A DNA stretch of 64,000 nt, taken from Paraphysomonas bandaiensis (lineage: Eukaryota > Protista > Chrysophyceae). The notes below the pieces were generated by a model. It was given only the letters and a program-made list of their open reading frames with translations, ran no database searches and was not told the DNA's origin. The stretch lies in contig CBFFRP010000052.1 in the NCBI GenBank assembly GCA_965644295.1, positions 21,721-85,720 of the forward strand. Reading direction: 5' to 3'. Every line of letters starts with the position of its first letter. Position 1 is the stretch's first letter. A program made the translations under genes and the position numbers. This document shows, one piece after another, positions 38,901-51,627 of the stretch.

Positions 38901-41900
38901 TGTCGTGCTATTATCGCTGGCATAAACACTCCACCGAACAGTATGCCAATCCCTTCCACCATGACCAGTAGAGAGAGAAGCATCAACTTTTACGTCATGA
39001 CAGGCAGGAACAAATCTAGGCACATAAAGGATAACATCTGGTGTCTGTGGGCGGAAATGTTTTCCTGATTCAATATTGCGAAGATTGGAAGATCCCACGC
39101 CAATAGTAACAGAATTACCAGCTGCGTAAGGATATGCTGAACATCGGCCTACTGAACAGAAAGACCTAACGGTGTTTGCTCGTAGGGTTATAACATCCCC
39201 CACTTGTAAAAGGGGGCTCTCGCTATCCCCATTACCGGGCACAACGCTATATAATTCTGCTACAACGTGAGTCGCGTTCTCAAACAGACACCGCGCCGAA
39301 GCAGCCCCAACAAAATCAAAGATAAGATCACACTGCCAATATCCATCTTCCACTATAATGACACTGGAGGCAAAGTCTGTGGGGGAATCAAACGTGATAT
39401 ATAATGTCCCGCCAGTCGCAGAAAAGAACACACCATCGCTAGAAAGTGACGGAGCCTTGAATATAATATCTTCATTCTCACTCACAATTTCAAGATTTGA
39501 AAAGTGGTGCCAGTCTGCGACGAAATCGTCACTACTGGGCCCAGATACTTGAACGGACGGTGAAAAATTCCCCACAGAGCCATATACAAGAAAAGATCCA
39601 TCAAGCAGGGATGAATTCGAATCAAAAGATATGAAAGGTGGCGATGTCTGGACACCATTAACAGAATCGTTGAAACGAAGAGAAACAGTGACAGAATCTG
39701 CGGGTGCCGAAGACAAACGGAAATTTACGGAATACATCTTTCTAACTCCTGTATCAAGCATGGCATATGAATCCAACGAGGAGAATGCATACTTGGGGGA
39801 AGGTTTGATTAAACTTACGGTGTGGCAACAAGGTGTTGATATATGACTTTCCACAATGCTGGACAAACCTTCATGATTCCCGAGAGTATCCTCTGCATAA
39901 CATTTTACATCATACGTTACCATCGGAGTTAAAAACTCTAAACTAATATTGACCAAGGTAAAACCCGTCAAGTCATCTGTCACTGGAGTGCTAGAAGAGA
40001 ACCCTTGAGATTTAATGTCAGCCATTGTTTTCAGTGTCTTCGGTATACCAGGTGTCCTCGTATAAGCCGAGCCAGAAGAGGCAGCACAATATATCACACC
40101 TCCAAATGGTGAGGTGCTGACAGTTGCACATATATCTGCATACGTGGATTGAGTATCACAAGGAGACATAGAAAATATTTTAGGAACCGATCCACTCACA
40201 GTCGGCATGGAAGATGGATAGAATGAAGGAAAAAAAGTGGGACATGTCGGTGGAATAGTAGCTCCCTCCACTGTAGGTGATATTGTAGGAGCATTCGTAT
40301 CACCCTCAACTGTAGGTGATACTGTAGGGGCATTCGTAGCTCCCTCCACAGTCGGTGATACGGTAGGAGATGCTGTAGGTGCATTCGTAGCACCCTCCAC
40401 TGTAGGTGATATTGTAGGAGCATTCGTATCACCCTCAACTGTAGGTGATACTGTAGGGGCATTCGTAGCTCCCTCCACTGTAGGTGATACTGTAGGAGAT
40501 ACTGTAGGGGCATTCGTAGCTCCCTCCACAGTAGGTGAAGCTGTAGGAGATACAGTAGGAGCATTCGTAGCACCCTCCACTGTAGGACATACTGTAGGAG
40601 ATGCTGTAGGTGCATTCGTAGCACCCTCCACTGTAGGTGCTACTGTAGGGGCATTCGTAGCTCCCTCCACAGTAGGTGATACTGTAGGAGATAATGTAGG
40701 GACATTCGTAGCACCCTCAACTGTAGGTGCTACTGTAGGAGATAGAGTAGGGGCATTCGTAGCTCCCTCCACTGTAGGTGATACTGTAGGGGCATTCGTA
40801 GCTCCCTCCACTGTAGGTGATACTGTAGGAGATACTGTAGGGGCATTCGTAGCTCCCTCCACAGTAGGTGAAGCTGTAGGAGATACAGTAGGAGCATTCG
40901 TAGCACCCTCCACTGTAGGACATACTGTAGGAGATGCTGTAGGTGCATTCGTAGCACCCTCCACTGTAGGTGCTACTGTAGGGGCATTCGTAGCTCCCTC
41001 CACAGTAGGTGATACTGTAGGAGATAATGTAGGGACATTCGTAGCACCCTCAACTGTAGGTGCTACTGTAGGAGATAGAGTAGGGGCATTCGTAGCTCCC
41101 TCCACTGTAGGTGATACTGTAGGGGTATTCGTAGCACCCTCCACTGTAGGACATACTGTTGGTGAAGCTGTAGGGGCATTCGTAGCACCCTCCACAGTAG
41201 GTGAAGCTGTAGGAGTTAACGTCGGTGTATTCGTAGCTCCCTCCACTGTAGGTGATACTGTAGGAGATAGAGTAGGGTCATTCGTAGCACCCTCCACTGT
41301 AGGTGATACTGTAGGGGCATTCGTAGCTCCCTCCACAGTCGGTGATACGGTAGGAGATGCTGTAGGAGCATTCGTAGCACCCTCCACTGTAGGTGATACG
41401 GTAGGAGATGCTGTAGGTGCATTCGTAGCACCCTCCACAGTCGGTGATGCGGTAGGAGATAGAGTAGGTGCATTCGTAGCACCCTCCACTGTAGGTGCTA
41501 CTGTAGGGGCATTCGTAGCACCCTCCACAGTAGGTGTTACTGTAGGAGATATTGTAGGAGCATTCGTAGCACCCTCCACAGTCGGTGATACGGTAGGAGA
41601 TGCTGTAGGAGCATTCGTAGCACCCTCCACTGTAGGTGATACGGTAGGAGATGCTGTAGGTGCATTCGTAGCACCCTCCACAGTCGGTGATGCGGTAGGA
41701 GATAGAGTAGGTGCATTCGTAGCACCCTCCACTGTAGGTGCTACTGTAGGGGCATTCGTAGCACCCTCCACAGTAGGTGATACAGTAGGAGATATTGTAG
41801 GGGCATTCGTAGCACCCTCCACAGTCGGTGATACGGTAGGAGATGCTGTAGGTGCATTCGTAGCACCCTCCACTGTAGGTGATATTGTAGGAGCATTCGT

Positions 41901-44900
41901 ATCACCCTCCACTGTAGGTGATACTGTAGGGGCATTCGTAGCTCCCTCCACTGTAGGTGATACTGTAGGAGATATTGTAGGAGCATTCGTAGCACCCTCC
42001 ACAGTCGGTGATACGGTAGGTGCTACTGTAGGAGAAACTGTAGGAGCATTCGTAGCACCCTCCACTGTAGGTGATACTGTAGGTGCATTCGTAGCTCCCT
42101 CCACTGTAGGTGATATTGTAGGAGCATTCGTAGCTCCCTCCACTGTAGGTGCTACTGTAGGGGCATTCGTAGCTCCCTCCACTGTAGGTGATGCTGTAGG
42201 AGATATTGTAGGAGCATTCGTAGCTCCCTCCACTGTAGGTGATACGGTAGGTGCTACTGTAGGAGAAACTGTAGGGGCATTCGTAGCTCCCTCCACTGTA
42301 GGTGCTACTGTAGGGGCATTCGTAGCTCCCTCCACTGTAGGTGATACTGTAGGAGATATTGTAGGAGCATTCGTAGCACCCTCCACAGTCGGTGATACGG
42401 TAGGAGATGCTGTAGGTGCATTCGTAGCACCCTCCACTGTAGGACATACTGTGGGGGCATTCGTAGCTCCCTCCACTGTAGGTGATACTGTAGGAGATAT
42501 TGTAGGAGCATTCGTAGCACCCTCCACTGTAGGTGATACTGTAGGGGCATTCGTAGCTCCCTCCACTGTAGGTGATATTGTAGGAGCATTCGTAGCTCCC
42601 TCCACTGTAGGTGCTACTGTAGGGGCATTCGTAGCTCCCTCCACTGTAGGTGATACTGTAGGAGATATTGTAGGAGCATTCGTAGCACCCTCCACTGTAG
42701 GTGATACTGTAGGGGCATTCGTAGCTCCCTCCACAGTAGGTGATACTGTAGGAGATATTGTAGGAGCATTCGTAGCACCCTCCACAGTCGGTGATACGGT
42801 AGGAGATGCTGTAGGTGCATTCGTAGCACCCTCCACTGTAGGTGATACTGTAGGTGCATTCGTAGCTCCCTCCACTGTAGGTGATATTGTAGGAGCATTC
42901 GTAGCACCCTCCACTGTAGGTGCTACTGTAGGGGCATTCGTAGCTCCCTCCACTGTAGGTGATGCTGTAGGAGATATTGTAGGAGCATTCGTAGCACCTT
43001 CCACTGTAGGTGATACTGTAGGGGCATTCGTAGCTCCCTCCACTGTAGGTGATACTGTAGGAGATATTGTAGGAGCATTCGTAGCACCCTCCACAGTCGG
43101 TGATACGGTAGGTGCTACTGTAGGAGAAACTGTAGGGGCATTCGTAGCACCCTCCACTGTAGGTGATACTGTAGGGGCATTCGTAGCTCCCTCCACTGTA
43201 GGTGATATTGTAGGAGCATTCGTAGCTCCCTCCACTGTAGGTGCTACTGTAGGGGCATTCGTAGCTCCCTCCACTGTAGGTGATGCTGTAGGAGATATTG
43301 TAGGAGCATTCGTAGCACCCTCCACAGTCGGTGATACGGTAGGTGCTACTGTAGGAGAAACTGTAGGGGCATTCGTAGCACCCTCCACTGTAGGTGATAC
43401 TGTAGGGGCATTCGTAGCTCCCTCCACTGTAGGTGATACTGTAGGAGATATTGTAGGAGCATTCGTAGCACCCTCCACAGTCGGTGATACGGTAGGAGAT
43501 GCTGTAGGTGCATTCGTAGCACCCTCCACTGTAGGACATACTGTAGGGGCATTCGTAGCACCCTCCACTGTAGGTGATACTGTAGGAGATATTGTAGGAG
43601 CATTCGTAGCACCCTCCACTGTAGGTGATACTGTAGGTGCATTCGTAGCTCCCTCCACTGTAGGTGATACTGTAGGAGATATTGTAGGAGCATTCGTAGC
43701 ACCCTCCACAGTCGGTGATACGGTAGGAGATGCTGTAGGTGCATTCGTAGCACCCTCCACTGTAGGACATACTGTAGGGGCATTCGTAGCACCCTCCACA
43801 GTCGGTGATACGGTAGGAGATGCTGTAGGTGAATTCGTAGCTCCCTCCACTGTAGGTGATACTGTAGGGGTATTCGTAGCACCCTCCACTGTAGGACATA
43901 CTGTTCCTGATACTGTAGGGGCATTCGTAGCACCCTCCACTGTAGGTGATACTGTAGGAGATACTGAAGGGGCATTCGTAGCACCCTCCACAGTCGGTGA
44001 TACGGTAGGAGATGCTGTAGGTGCATTCGTAGCTCCCTCCACTGTAGGTGATACTGTAGGGGTATTCGTAGCACTCTCCACTGTAGGACATACTGTTCCT
44101 GATACTGTAGGGGCATTCGTAGCACCCTCCACTGTAGGTGATACTGTAGGAGATACTGAAGGGGCATTCGTAGCACCCTCCACTGTAGGTGATACTGTAG
44201 GGGCATTCGTAGCTCCCTCCACAGTAGGTGATACTGTAGGAGATACTGTAGGGGCATTTGTAGCTCCCTCCACTGTAGGTGATATTGTCGGAGTCAGCGT
44301 GGGTGCATTCGTAGTTCCCTCCACAGTGGGTGAAGCTGTAGGAGATACTGTAGGGGCATTCGTAGCACCCTCCACAGTAGGTGATATTGTAGGAGATATT
44401 GTAGGATCATTTGTAGCACCCTCAACAGTCGGTGAAACTGTAGGAGATATTGTAGGAGCATTCGTAGCACCCTCCACAGTCGGTGATACTGTCAGAGTTA
44501 CAGTAGGAGCATTCGTAGCACCCTCCACTGTAGGAGATATTGTAGGAGCATTCGTAGCACCCTCCACAGTGGGTGAAGCTGTAGGAGTTACAGTAGGAGC
44601 ATTCGTAGCACCCTCCACAGTGGGTGATACTGTAGGAGATACAGTAGGAGCATTCGTAGCACCCTCCACTGTAGGTGATACTGTAGGGACATTCGTAGCT
44701 CCCTCCACTGTAGGTGATACTGTCGGAGATACAGTAGGAGCAATCGTTGCTTCCTCTACTGTAGGTAATACACTAGGGGTATCTCCCTCCAGAGTGGGTG
44801 AAGCTGTAGGAGTTAAAGAAGGAGCACTTGTAGCACCCTCCACAGTGGGTGATACTGTAGGAGATACAGTAGGAGCATTCGTAGCTCCCTCCGCAGTGGG

Positions 44901-46781
44901 TGATACTGTAGGGGCATTCGTAGCTCCCTCCACTGTAGGTGCTACTGTAGGAGATAGAGTAGGAGCATTCGTAGCACCCTCCACAGTCGGTGATAAGGTA
45001 GAAGATATTGTAGGAGCATTCGTAGCACCCTCCACTGTAGGTGATACTGTAGGGGCATTCGTAGCTCCCTCCACTGTAGGTGATACTGTAGGAGATACTG
45101 TAGCTCCGTCCTCTGTAGGTGATACGGTAGGAGATATTGTAGGAGCATTTGTAGCACCCTCCACTGTAGGTGATACCGTCTGAGATATAGTAGGAGCACT
45201 CGTTGCTTCCTCCACTGTAGGGGACTCTGTAGGAGAGACTGTAGGAGCATTCGTAGCTCCCTCCACAGTAGGGGACTCTGTAGGAGAGACTGTAGGAGCA
45301 TTCGTAACACCCTCCCCTGTAGGTGATACAGTTGGAGTCACTGTAGGGACATTCAACGCACCCTCAACTGTAGGTAATACTGTCGGTAAGAAAGTTGGGA
45401 CTTTCGTGACTCCCTCCATTGTGGGTAACGCAGTTGGTGAATTTGTTGGGGCCTGTGTTGTACCCTTCATAGTTGGCGATATTGTGGGCGTGAAACTCAG
45501 AGACAAAGTTGGAGAACTGGTGGCACCATCTACAGTTGGTGATATTGTTGGAGACGTACTCAATGTGGGAGAAACAGTTGGACACGAAACAGGTGGAGCA
45601 TTCGTTGGTTCTTCTACATTGGGCAGATTTGTCGGTGACATTGTCGGAGGTGCTGTGGCAGAAACGAAGGTAGGAACGATTGTCGGAAAACTGGTGTCCT
45701 TAGCTACTGTGGGAAACAGAGTTGGAGAACCTGTTACAGGAGACAAGGTTGGAGTACTGGTAACACCTTCGTCAGTCGGAGAAAGAGTAGGGGATACACT
45801 AACAGCTGGTACAGTTGGAAAAATTGTAACATCTGTGACAGTTGGAAATGTTGTCGGTGGACGTGAGCCATCTGTCGCTATGGGAGATATTGTCGGAGAA
45901 TCACTTAGATCACCCATTGTGGGGGACGTGGTTGATGTAGGCCCATGGGTATCAACCAGAGTGGATGGACTGGCAGTTTGCGTGACAGTCGGAGAAGAAC
46001 TTGACTGCAGTGTCGGGGACACAGATGGCTGTTTCGTAGGCACAACTGTGGGAGGAAAAGTTGGTATAGGGGTATCACCACCAACGGTTGATGCTATAGT
46101 TGGTGGCACTGTCGGAGAAGATGTCGGTTGATGGGAAGGTGTCGTGGTAGGTGGTTGGGTGGGTTGTTTAGTGGGATTAGAGGTGCCCGTAGGTATTGTT
46201 GATGCTATAGTTGGCGCAAATGTTGGTGTGCGCGTTGGCTGTCGACTTGGTGGTGATGTGCCTGAAGGTATGGTTGAGGAAATTGTGGGCGCAGAAGTGG
46301 GAAAAAAAGTTGGATGTCTAGTTGGAGGGATGGTTTCAGGAACTATTGTTGAGGGTATCGTTGGTGAGGAAGTAGGAGCCCAGGTTAGCTCATCATGGTA
46401 CTGAGCACATCTCTCAGACGAGAGACGGTGAGGTTGTTCAAAGCATTCACATTCAGAACCTGTTGAATCGCACCTCCCCAACCACGAACAATAGTAATCT
46501 ACTTCATTTGGGTAACAATACTGTCCCTCCTCTAGTTCTCTTCCCTCGTGATATGTGGAGCAGTGGTCGGATTCCCAGTAATGACTTTCATCATCACAAA
46601 TACAGCCATTCCCCTGGATATTACATCGTCCGTTATAGTTACACGCCTCTCTATCTTCCGGGGTACATGTGAAAGTAACTGTCGGCTGGGAAGAAGGCTG
46701 TGAGTATACTCCCCATCGCGAACTACAGAACAACAGCAATGCAGCAAAAAGACAAACAAATCTAGACATTCTAAATGACAT
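29931..46781 (-). CDS. Giant secreted/membrane mucin-stalk, REJ-domain (polycystin-1-like) receptor, about 5600 aa
   Basis: Signal peptide; two EGF-like modules; roughly 2000-aa P/T repeat stalk; REJ-type motif [14 protein letters not shown]......F.....[16 protein letters not shown]; further EGF-like region; multiple TM segments; probable in-frame 45-bp intron 32616-32660. Confidence 0.88.
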   Translation of the reverse strand: MSFRMSRFVCLFAALLLFCSSRWGVYSQPSSQPTVTFTCTPEDREACNYNGRCNIQGNGCICDDESHYWESDHCSTYHEGRELEEGQYCYPNEVDYYCSWLGRCDSTGSECECFEQPHRLSSERCAQYHDELTWAPTSSPTIPSTIVPETIPPTRHPTFFPTSAPTISSTIPSGTSPPSRQPTRTPTFAPTIASTIPTGTSNPTKQPTQPPTTTPSHQPTSSPTVPPTIASTVGGDTPIPTFPPTVVPTKQPSVSPTLQSSSSPTVTQTASPSTLVDTHGPTSTTSPTMGDLSDSPTISPIATDGSRPPTTFPTVTDVTIFPTVPAVSVSPTLSPTDEGVTSTPTLSPVTGSPTLFPTVAKDTSFPTIVPTFVSATAPPTMSPTNLPNVEEPTNAPPVSCPTVSPTLSTSPTISPTVDGATSSPTLSLSFTPTISPTMKGTTQAPTNSPTALPTMEGVTKVPTFLPTVLPTVEGALNVPTVTPTVSPTGEGVTNAPTVSPTESPTVEGATNAPTVSPTESPTVEEATSAPTISQTVSPTVEGATNAPTISPTVSPTEDGATVSPTVSPTVEGATNAPTVSPTVEGATNAPTISSTLSPTVEGATNAPTLSPTVAPTVEGATNAPTVSPTAEGATNAPTVSPTVSPTVEGATSAPSLTPTASPTLEGDTPSVLPTVEEATIAPTVSPTVSPTVEGATNVPTVSPTVEGATNAPTVSPTVSPTVEGATNAPTVTPTASPTVEGATNAPTISPTVEGATNAPTVTLTVSPTVEGATNAPTISPTVSPTVEGATNDPTISPTISPTVEGATNAPTVSPTASPTVEGTTNAPTLTPTISPTVEGATNAPTVSPTVSPTVEGATNAPTVSPTVEGATNAPSVSPTVSPTVEGATNAPTVSGTVCPTVESATNTPTVSPTVEGATNAPTASPTVSPTVEGATNAPSVSPTVSPTVEGATNAPTVSGTVCPTVEGATNTPTVSPTVEGATNSPTASPTVSPTVEGATNAPTVCPTVEGATNAPTASPTVSPTVEGATNAPTISPTVSPTVEGATNAPTVSPTVEGATNAPTISPTVSPTVEGATNAPTVCPTVEGATNAPTASPTVSPTVEGATNAPTISPTVSPTVEGATNAPTVSPTVEGATNAPTVSPTVAPTVSPTVEGATNAPTISPTASPTVEGATNAPTVAPTVEGATNAPTISPTVEGATNAPTVSPTVEGATNAPTVSPTVAPTVSPTVEGATNAPTISPTVSPTVEGATNAPTVSPTVEGATNAPTISPTASPTVEGATNAPTVAPTVEGATNAPTISPTVEGATNAPTVSPTVEGATNAPTASPTVSPTVEGATNAPTISPTVSPTVEGATNAPTVSPTVEGATNAPTISPTVSPTVEGATNAPTVAPTVEGATNAPTISPTVEGATNAPTVSPTVEGATNAPTISPTVSPTVEGATNAPTVCPTVEGATNAPTASPTVSPTVEGATNAPTISPTVSPTVEGATNAPTVAPTVEGATNAPTVSPTVAPTVSPTVEGATNAPTISPTASPTVEGATNAPTVAPTVEGATNAPTISPTVEGATNAPTVSPTVEGATNAPTVSPTVAPTVSPTVEGATNAPTISPTVSPTVEGATNAPTVSPTVEGDTNAPTISPTVEGATNAPTASPTVSPTVEGATNAPTISPTVSPTVEGATNAPTVAPTVEGATNAPTLSPTASPTVEGATNAPTASPTVSPTVEGATNAPTASPTVSPTVEGATNAPTISPTVTPTVEGATNAPTVAPTVEGATNAPTLSPTASPTVEGATNAPTASPTVSPTVEGATNAPTASPTVSPTVEGATNAPTVSPTVEGATNDPTLSPTVSPTVEGATNTPTLTPTASPTVEGATNAPTASPTVCPTVEGATNTPTVSPTVEGATNAPTLSPTVAPTVEGATNVPTLSPTVSPTVEGATNAPTVAPTVEGATNAPTASPTVCPTVEGATNAPTVSPTASPTVEGATNAPTVSPTVSPTVEGATNAPTVSPTVEGATNAPTLSPTVAPTVEGATNVPTLSPTVSPTVEGATNAPTVAPTVEGATNAPTASPTVCPTVEGATNAPTVSPTASPTVEGATNAPTVSPTVSPTVEGATNAPTVSPTVEGDTNAPTISPTVEGATNAPTASPTVSPTVEGATNAPTVSPTVEGDTNAPTISPTVEGATIPPTCPTFFPSFYPSSMPTVSGSVPKIFSMSPCDTQSTYADICATVSTSPFGGVIYCAASSGSAYTRTPGIPKTLKTMADIKSQGFSSSTPVTDDLTGFTLVNISLEFLTPMVTYDVKCYAEDTLGNHEGLSSIVESHISTPCCHTVSLIKPSPKYAFSSLDSYAMLDTGVRKMYSVNFRLSSAPADSVTVSLRFNDSVNGVQTSPPFISFDSNSSLLDGSFLVYGSVGNFSPSVQVSGPSSDDFVADWHHFSNLEIVSENEDIIFKAPSLSSDGVFFSATGGTLYITFDSPTDFASSVIIVEDGYWQCDLIFDFVGAASARCLFENATHVVAELYSVVPGNGDSESPLLQVGDVITLRANTVRSFCSVGRCSAYPYAAGNSVTIGVGSSNLRNIESGKHFRPQTPDVILYVPRFVPACHDVKVDASLSTGHGGRDWHTVRWSVYASDNSTTRAIEATLRNSSTGLLANIPSALLHPAVYTICLGLKNFMQVYNSSLVSKCSQVEIVAESETLAFRINNPHNLYTKNRKNHDIMVSTSFDILSCGYSDKYDANISTVEYSWVVYLDDAVANILSTSPDPAKFIVSESVFGIGAAYRVECNLKVHLLNGASLMASGGVVVYGRIGTVFPLISDGATAKSFNMSDSLVLTAGHPQAATPAEDSSRKYNWDCIVLSVEDFGMDCFSLWGVEDISTQFATLTLPGGLMTSGGVYDFVLTESDLSYGIASVGTSSVRIFATNNSLIPAQSQRSVFIENGACQNTGVDGSSVANHKTKIFATISSTSAEYVSASWDYIRGITGFSVDMSDVGDAIIAPSSRQLLSEHSSDNTGVKFPLGIYGNVLLGGMRYTFRLTASSGSMSSFVEVSIKCNMPPTGGSLSVSPDYGIEEKTLFLFQAGGWTDDADDFPLQYEFSYQEAVNYDSNEPVEYIRLMEFEPLFFSTMGKVRRRSDSNDVEVTCIVHVMDSTGSIATSYTGVTLHGNSINDDPIQSVSTASTSFLLAVSLGQVADAGDYLIHATSVVAGEALVNCSLAPNCSAFNRNECFSSAHTCGPCLEGYTGVFGDYNALCINTDSSVLGVGEPCGRNEECVYGVCSGGFCMEPIKRCPLGEIDGSECSVASGRGSCTFTDYRGISLSVSDCGVSNTFCIPRCKCRSGFGGKDCNLDYSYLETMDTVRYDLCLGLVNYSSSILPDSRHMDFLLDVMDTLTDPYNVVTAGTLKRCAQTFSAIADILDVDVSVVSNAQSYSKTSYIRIISDSVVSPYYASITDELSYTLGVFVDMEQMDMIPGQYSVNIATPNLRLSFRYDYLSNLDGSVVSSSSTEEELFYNIPPSQMSFDGSIDRCGYFDDYALLTAIQWGFSPYFGVRQLDTVITPLFTVFTTATSSSLRFVEDDDGPVPFDIHLQLLEEKDWGGGSGTCYQYEYPSGAFGKCDSCSISHSEPSNMTIRCDNVLDSLCPKAPLDASTAGIRVLYPPSEDTNFPSAEFYFRNGLTTRRLQGTTQTFYTGLDVDDDAALVKSAVLADRATTGTISFAAAFLFFMLMGFLLLRAWDEADRKVFVYNRSERIRRGKFKFNLSAAFDERGVGYSGAKLVASAATEPNSRIAYHRGATLEWNFDAEDGDDTDYYHMRASEDGKVKRKSSSSIFAMANPFLWYADSGEFEDESRDSTGFPQRSSNYTMLSADEFTSDKVIESPADGVGKYKPDDIVVSDDFHMDSGYGSGNVGTENTVSTPLHTVFESEDESLPRTSNLHNTSYSTVLNTRSALHEPRGTSMSSRSFDDSRSYGQTDSFTYDDSRSFGDTRTYGDTRSYGDSRIQDSRGSRSYNSRSLYDESTYGETRTFDGSRTYGETRTYDDTRTYDSRNSYSSRTFDSVNSGSYTSRVNDVANKASSGHYIEKATERSSSTSYGDTHSVNDSVSLVSMEASRKLGASNAMSSHSSGNFTGSSSDELKVLAQKRVYQQEPGFVSHKPVMEQQSQEVIIDPHVKAAQERELMQESSFNRFPATSLLSRPPFLTRFWRALKRHHVWIRIFTYPSMQHTRVIRFLTACSDLLCVIFADTVFYGIYYPDNNVCQTSTTERSCLSRQSQYELGNTLCKWDDDECVLRPPPVSMKFVVVIAILIIVFTIIPRRIIQFLLEKLCAKRPNLHDIGLSNKAVLGTLPEDWETAASNSNRDIYGYGDVSEKAVVAKGVTAAGGSSNDVVLTKESLMTFDYDDTTDSNVGALSYSNVSVESSDIGGRVLESQKHLWPEQARPYRFAYCDSITPDEELSVIIASTKEHFQNALKVMPLPWRSSTVKTMRDFYKTMDSFDLSTAAEIGADSDARKLKEYNRMLAVMNSFGILPDGSPTPLTFREILLFGTPYRHMMWKIEKMRNRAAWIKYKETSTKEFAAGQTDYKDQILLQNFVMEQLSPITRFAVKKDMFNLDHASPGRIPFWHWFFAWACVFGLWGFMGYWILNWTLTSGNVPVTSWALVLCTIVLVDVVVNSFAQIYLLHVHVTDKIRYQLRQIYTVLCSTYHLKLLTGYKPHRHMRVVQVVLSCICIFLNILSQHLSPACRAARLKSLSYLMASGILSLLEDRDVQRCREMRQKTSIGVIAYVILFIPSLLYGAYDVVQQTVLDLMLPVAWCCFLLANYFLLQVSPYLLSGLYLLLAIYILWKIYCVIQHERNSAREEAAVYEDGTGAWRASIARVEETVEANTLESNVILPPTEPKVTDLHSLWRYIKFRFNSTFGYPLADDAYVKETWHKINWCYSSEFSLTNHNWNSFSTIDDQDKGDVVDDEQEEEEDWCKPLEKEGSGNIHSAVTVTSQVSRIGSFSQSVDVNVRAPIGVISSTTSLAKWKESPVTRWWQEIITLLQWYCCKWKRTVTSSTSSNRASSSRDSETVSDKSIFFRIYHSSSSGSSSRSRRLMQLQEARTITSDSSSNKGDGSVAYRKGTQLGVVQEEEEEEDDFDDVFPVVPSRSEKNASAWSPSVLRRLRPADSFRNYQEPSTPTSSPRIMRIMSSGTVETESFDDLSSNREKKVDAQGRQVITLPSPTSTRSSPTSQRKSSPASKGISRAVEMFSRLRSSSISIDYAGLRKLFNAYAARRVDLDGMQSGIVPTVSVNDIVELADEVLASGFVSVAGGPLSRGEVDRALAPLEDFADNERQMQRQLGRAEHRVDFDNFSRWLHTCCSDILDRRQIKKSAINDPRESSESGDGALVGMELSFDDGGSVVSGITMPGALMYPSDCESSQSKSTTSPSDSIPKPVYVKRSAAALPQSAVDPEGIAIPIAEEEENYDEDECTEDLDEGAISLNIRSESQDALGQNVPKKEFHDSPDDSSNLYSRSFQDADYYATESQTEYDHERSRSSYLRSESGFTRVTEDSDSMDGIDLAGVDSGRHISLDYRGSGYTGGTADDRNTDPFRETSSTEADHPVQSPRGGNTSGDNSGVKLREKLFFI
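40255..45365 (-). repeat. Coding minisatellite of 39-bp ([13 protein letters not shown]) and 51-bp units with higher-order duplications
   Basis: Visible in DNA and translation; identical blocks recur at 333-bp (40624/40957) and 243-bp (41482/41725) offsets. Confidence 0.97.
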
Positions 46782-48844
46782 CGGGTTGCTTCAACTAAAC
46801 GAAATCGTTACACATTAGACGTAGGGTCTAGTATTAATGTCAACATCTGAAAACATTAATCAACGGCTAAATGAAAATCCCACTGGGTAAACTACATAGG
46901 GATCTCAATAAATGAGTAGAACTTTACAGAGCACTGTATAATCAGCCTGCTATATACAATCAATACACACAGTGTATATTTTATAGTGTACACCAATTGC
47001 TCCCTTTCTTATTCTTTTCAGAACTGAAAACTACAGAAATGCACCGAATTCAACTGTGGGAAAGGATAGCACGTTATGAAGCCGTACAGTCGTACAGCAC
47101 ACAGTACATGATAAACCAGTTTTTTGCTTGTGTCGTTGTATACCGGCTATATGCGCTTAAAAATTGCTCCACACTACCACGAAATACAATCGTATACCAG
47201 TATACAAACGTATATTACTAGACCTGAAATATGAATAGCCTTCGCTCTTTGCTCTTTGGACCCTCCATACAATAGTTTGTTTAGTTGAAGCACCCAGGAA
47301 TGGCATTTTGAGCAGTTTACCTCCATCCCGTGAAATGGAATTTATTAAAGAGTTACAACTGTGGGCCCAGTCTCACGATTCAGCTTGTGAAGCAGTGAAG
47401 AATATCATCAACACAAGGAGCAGGCTCAGGTGACACTACTCTGCAATATGGCAGCACCATCTCACGACCGTGCTTTCAGTTTTTTGACTCCTTCAACATT
47501 AAGCGAAATTACAGGTGGCAATGTCTCGTCCTCTCAACTTGCAGTGGAGGTAATTTTTTCTGACTTGCTCTCTTTGTATCAATGTATGTTGGTCAAGGAT
47601 TTCGAACGATATTTTGAGTTTGAAGCTACACTGCAATTGGAGCAGAAGAAAATGGTATTCTCCCTGCATTCTCCCAACTCGGGCACTGACATAGATTCTG
47701 CTGTTTTTAGTTTGAATGTATAAGGAATATGGCTGAGTGCTTGGCTTGTATGGCCTCAGAAGAATTTGTGCCCGTTGTTGATGCAAACCTTGCACGGAAT
47801 CTGCTGGATAATTTACAGCAACAGCATCTTCTGGAGGTACGAAAATGCTTGTGCTTACGTCGGTGATATGTAGTAGTTGAACTGGGATTCCAGTTGCATT
47901 ATTATCTTTTAATATCAATGTATGCCATAGACATGTCTTAATGATAAACTCCTACAAGATACCAGTGATAGTGATCTGACCACTACAATTGCTGCTTGTT
48001 ATGACCACTCGCCGTATTTGAATAAAAAAGAGATAAACGATATCATTGAACTCCTATAGGTACAACAGTGTTTAAAATTTCCCACGCAGTGCAGAGTATA
48101 ATGTATGCTTGTAGTACTAGAAAGTGGAATGTATATACGAGAATAACAATAAGAGTACACTTTGAATTTTGTCAGGCAGAGTTGAAAACCTCTGAAGTCT
48201 AATTATGATTAAATATATAGCCCTGTCAGTGAGGGAAGATAGGATGACCATCTTAAATATAGCGCTTGTCAAGAATGCCGGATTATATATAGCCGTCCGT
48301 TTAGTTTGCCATGAGTATAAAATTATTAATAGTGGAGAAAACAGTACAATATGCCTAGTATGCCTGTTTCCCGGTACTGCAGTACATGTTCTTAGTCGTG
48401 GTGGTGTGCATGCAGTAGTTTGTAGTTTACAATCTCCTTTTCCAATTTCGTAGTTGCAATGTTGAATTCTGCTGGTTGATGTGTTGGTATGGTGTATGGT
48501 ATATATTGTGCAGTTTTCAATGAGAACAGATGTTACATGAATATGCTGTAAAGTCTATGTCCAATTCTAGCATCAGAAGACGAAGGAGGACAGTGAGATG
48601 TTGAAGATTGACAAGTATCAGGCGGAGATCTTAGCTAAGAAGGTCAAAATTTATATGAAGAATGGAAACTACCTGGGCTAGTACCGAAGCCTGCTGGATG
48701 AGGTAGAGCTCGAGTGTTGTGGGATGAAGAAAAGTGTTGAGGAGCTTCAAACACTGGTGGATAGGTTTCGGGGTGAGTTGGGAATTATGAGTTTTGCTTA
48801 TTTTTAAGCAATTAAAAATAGCATTTAAAGTTTTAAATTATATC

Positions 48845-49105
48845 CGTTAGTCGAAGAATATAGTAGTTGAAAACAATATTATATGTGAAAACAATATTAT
48901 ATGAGCTGCATGCAATGATATGAATTAGTTTTTAGTGAAACGGAAATAATATATTGAATGAAAAGATCTTGTCTATCTAAGATCATTAAATCTTGATTGG
49001 TAGAAGTGACAATGACTCTATCATAAACCACAATGAGTAATGAGAGAGAAATATCAAAATTTTAATCAATGAGAGAGTCGTGTATATTACAAGTTCAGTT
49101 TATTA
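48845..49105 (+). mobile_element. Diverged relic related to the arm sequence of the 23550-24143 element
   Basis: CCGTTAGTCGAAGAATA.AGTAGT...GATTGGT...AATGAG.GAGA.ATAT colinear with the reverse complement of 23850-24085. Confidence 0.55.
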
Positions 49106-49516
49106 CTTTTAGTGCAAAAAGTGGCGATGCTAAATTAGTAAATCGAATAACTACTATTACTACTACTCACTCTCGCTTAAAGGGAAGGGCATGCTCTGAT
49201 ACGTTGATTCTGCGGAAGAGCTATTAGCCAGTGACTTAGTAGCCAAAATAATCGAAAGTTTTATGGGTGAAATACAGTATTAATTATTAATTGGTGGAGC
49301 TCAGCGAACAATTTACAAACTTCAAAATTTGAGAGTTTTGATGTGTGGAGATATTGACCGTCTAAACGGTATACTCTAAGAATAATCGAATTAGAAGAAC
49401 TCCCTACCGATGGAGTAAAAATTTACACTACAAATGGCACAGGAATCACGATTGGATTTAAAGCAACTGTACACTAATCGCTATTTAAAATATAACCCTT
49501 CTTACAATATGAGATG

Positions 49517-49984
49517 CCTCAACAAAGTTGGACTCGCACCTTTTTTTGGTGTTCTGGGGGATAAGTACCGGGTATACTTCTCCGGGAAACTGACGTGAGC
49601 CGCATATATAGTCAGCAAATATAGTTCTGTCCACTCATAGCCTAAATGCTTGTGTGTGGTACAAAGGACACTAAGAAGTGTCACTTGTGTAGACATCTTT
49701 CGACTGAACCCACCTCCGGGGTATTGGGCTGCTTGCTGTAGTCAAGCATCCGGGAATGGGCCCACCTCAAGGGCATCCTGGATATTGTGCTACCTGCTGA
49801 AGTCGAGTTCGGCTAGTTCACCTTAAGGACAGAGAGTGAAAGTAGTTTCACCTTGGTGCTTGCGGTGACGCACACGAAGCATTCGTAGCGCTAAATTGTA
49901 GGATATCAGAGGTAAGCAATATATATATATGCTAAAGTAGTTCTGACTCTTAAACGCCTATTGCTAATAATCAGACATTCACTA
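49517..49984 (+). mobile_element. SINE-like retroposon, copy 3 (full length, 468 bp)
   Basis: Flanked by CTTACAATATGAGATG (49501-49516) and CTTACAATGAGATG (49985-49998); ends ATAATCAGACATTCACTA. Confidence 0.9.
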
Positions 49985-50276
49985 CTTACAATGAGATGGT
50001 AACTGCTAGAAAATGACATATCTGAACAATAATGCTTCCACTCTATGCTTAGATTATAACTTAGAAACATATAGTAACAGATAATCAATATCACTTGTCA
50101 TTCACTGTCAATCGCCAAATTCTCGTAAAGCAGTTCATCACTTCTGTATTCTTCCATTACCAGTTATGATTCAAGTACTGTTGAACTATAGCTTTTAATT
50201 GCTCTCAACTAGCAAACTCAACAGTAACTATTACCCGACAACGGGTAAGTCTAAAGAACCACACAATATATCTATA

Positions 50277-51242
50277 TAGGAAAGTCTGATTATTACATGA
50301 GAACGGTTGTGTACAGAAACTAGTTTATATCTATAGATTAACTACAGTAATTTGCTAAATACTACTAGTGGCGGGCAACCGTCTCGGGACTGCTTGTGCA
50401 TCGCTGCGAGCACCATGGTGCAACCGTCCCTTGTATTGAGGTTAGTCGGGGGGGGTCTACCTTTGGGCAATGTGTCTGGCTGGCCTGTGCCATGGGTTAT
50501 GTGAGGGGTGGATGAGGCGAGATGTATATGAGAGTGTAAGTCGGTGGTGGAGATGGTGCTGGTTGTTGAGGTGGGGTTTCGGCCACAAGTAAGGAGGAGT
50601 TGTTTCCGGAGTGGTTGCGCTTGCCTCTGTCGGGTCTGGACTCTTGCAGAGAGTGTAGTTCTTGGGGTGGATGTCGCCTGGAGTAGTTGGAGTATTTTTG
50701 GTGTCGGGTGAGTATATCCTGGGACTGGCGTTGCTGTGAATGTGTCGTGACCGGTGTCGCCGGTGCCGTGTCTGCGTTGTGGTGTCTGAATCCCCTATTG
50801 CGAAGCATGCGGAGCCCTCCATCATATAGGGGGAGCAGGATAGAGGCGATGGATTTTTCGAGGGCGTGGAACTGATGTTCGAGCAGTGAGCTGGATATGT
50901 GGCGTCCGAATGCGTCGGCCAATTGTGTGGCAGTAATATGTGGCCGGTCCAGTAGCGCTCAACCTGGGGGGTGGTTGGGTTCCATGCGGCTTTGGCTAGT
51001 TTGTTTATGGCGGTGTAAAACCAGGGATGGGGGAGCGTGCGTGTGCGAAGTTTGTCAAGCTTATTGTGGTGTGCTTGGTGGACACTTCACGTATATGAAT
51101 GATGTCAGGATGAGTGCAGGTGAGAAGCATGTACGCCATGTTGTCTGTGGGGTGTGCACAATCTGTGCATGTGGAAGCCGTTGTGCGATCATGTCCGGAT
51201 TTTCCTTTGGCTCGGTTTCTTCCCATTGCGAAGGATTTGTCC
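50277..51242 (-). mobile_element. 5'-truncated retroposed insertion sharing the family's 3' hairpin and terminus
   Basis: TSD CACAATATATCTA(T/C)A at 50262-50276 and 51243-51257; minus strand has GGTTGCACCATGGTGCTCGCAGCGATGCACAAGCAG and ends TAATAATCAGACTTTCCTA. Confidence 0.8.
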
Positions 51243-51627
51243 CACAATATATCTACATTAAATCGTCCGATCTAAATCAGTGTCACAAACAATTAAGCCG
51301 CGTAATAACGTGATTTATTGCATTTTCAATTATTGGCGTAATAACGTGGAAGATGAGAAAATGAATCGAACCCAGTTTTCATTAGATTCGGGAGCGGTTC
51401 TCAGCAGAAATGTACATATGTACATATTGTGAAGTGTTTAGATTGATAATAGAACTCTTCTTTTAAGTGTAAAACTTAATTAACTTCAGTGTAGTGTCCA
51501 CTTCGAACACGCAATTTATATTAAACACACAAGATGGCAATGAACAAAAATGAAAAAAAGTCTTTACATTATGTTACTTTTTTAGTTCTGAGCTATTCCT
51601 ACAGGGTGGAAACAAGGTGAACAGCCT

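Noticed and set aside
40237-45183. 1648-aa antisense ORF and the 729-aa Cys/Tyr/Gly alternative-frame ORF (41902-44091)
   Set aside because: By-products of a stop-free coding minisatellite; they end at or within the repeat boundaries
15418-46781. Channel plus REJ receptor as a PKD2/PKD1-like functional cluster
   Set aside because: They are 11 kb apart with unrelated genes between, the channel is not TRPP-like, and proximity alone is not evidence
47230-48060. Short ORFs upstream of the giant gene
   Set aside because: No domain, no consistent splice model, multiple stops
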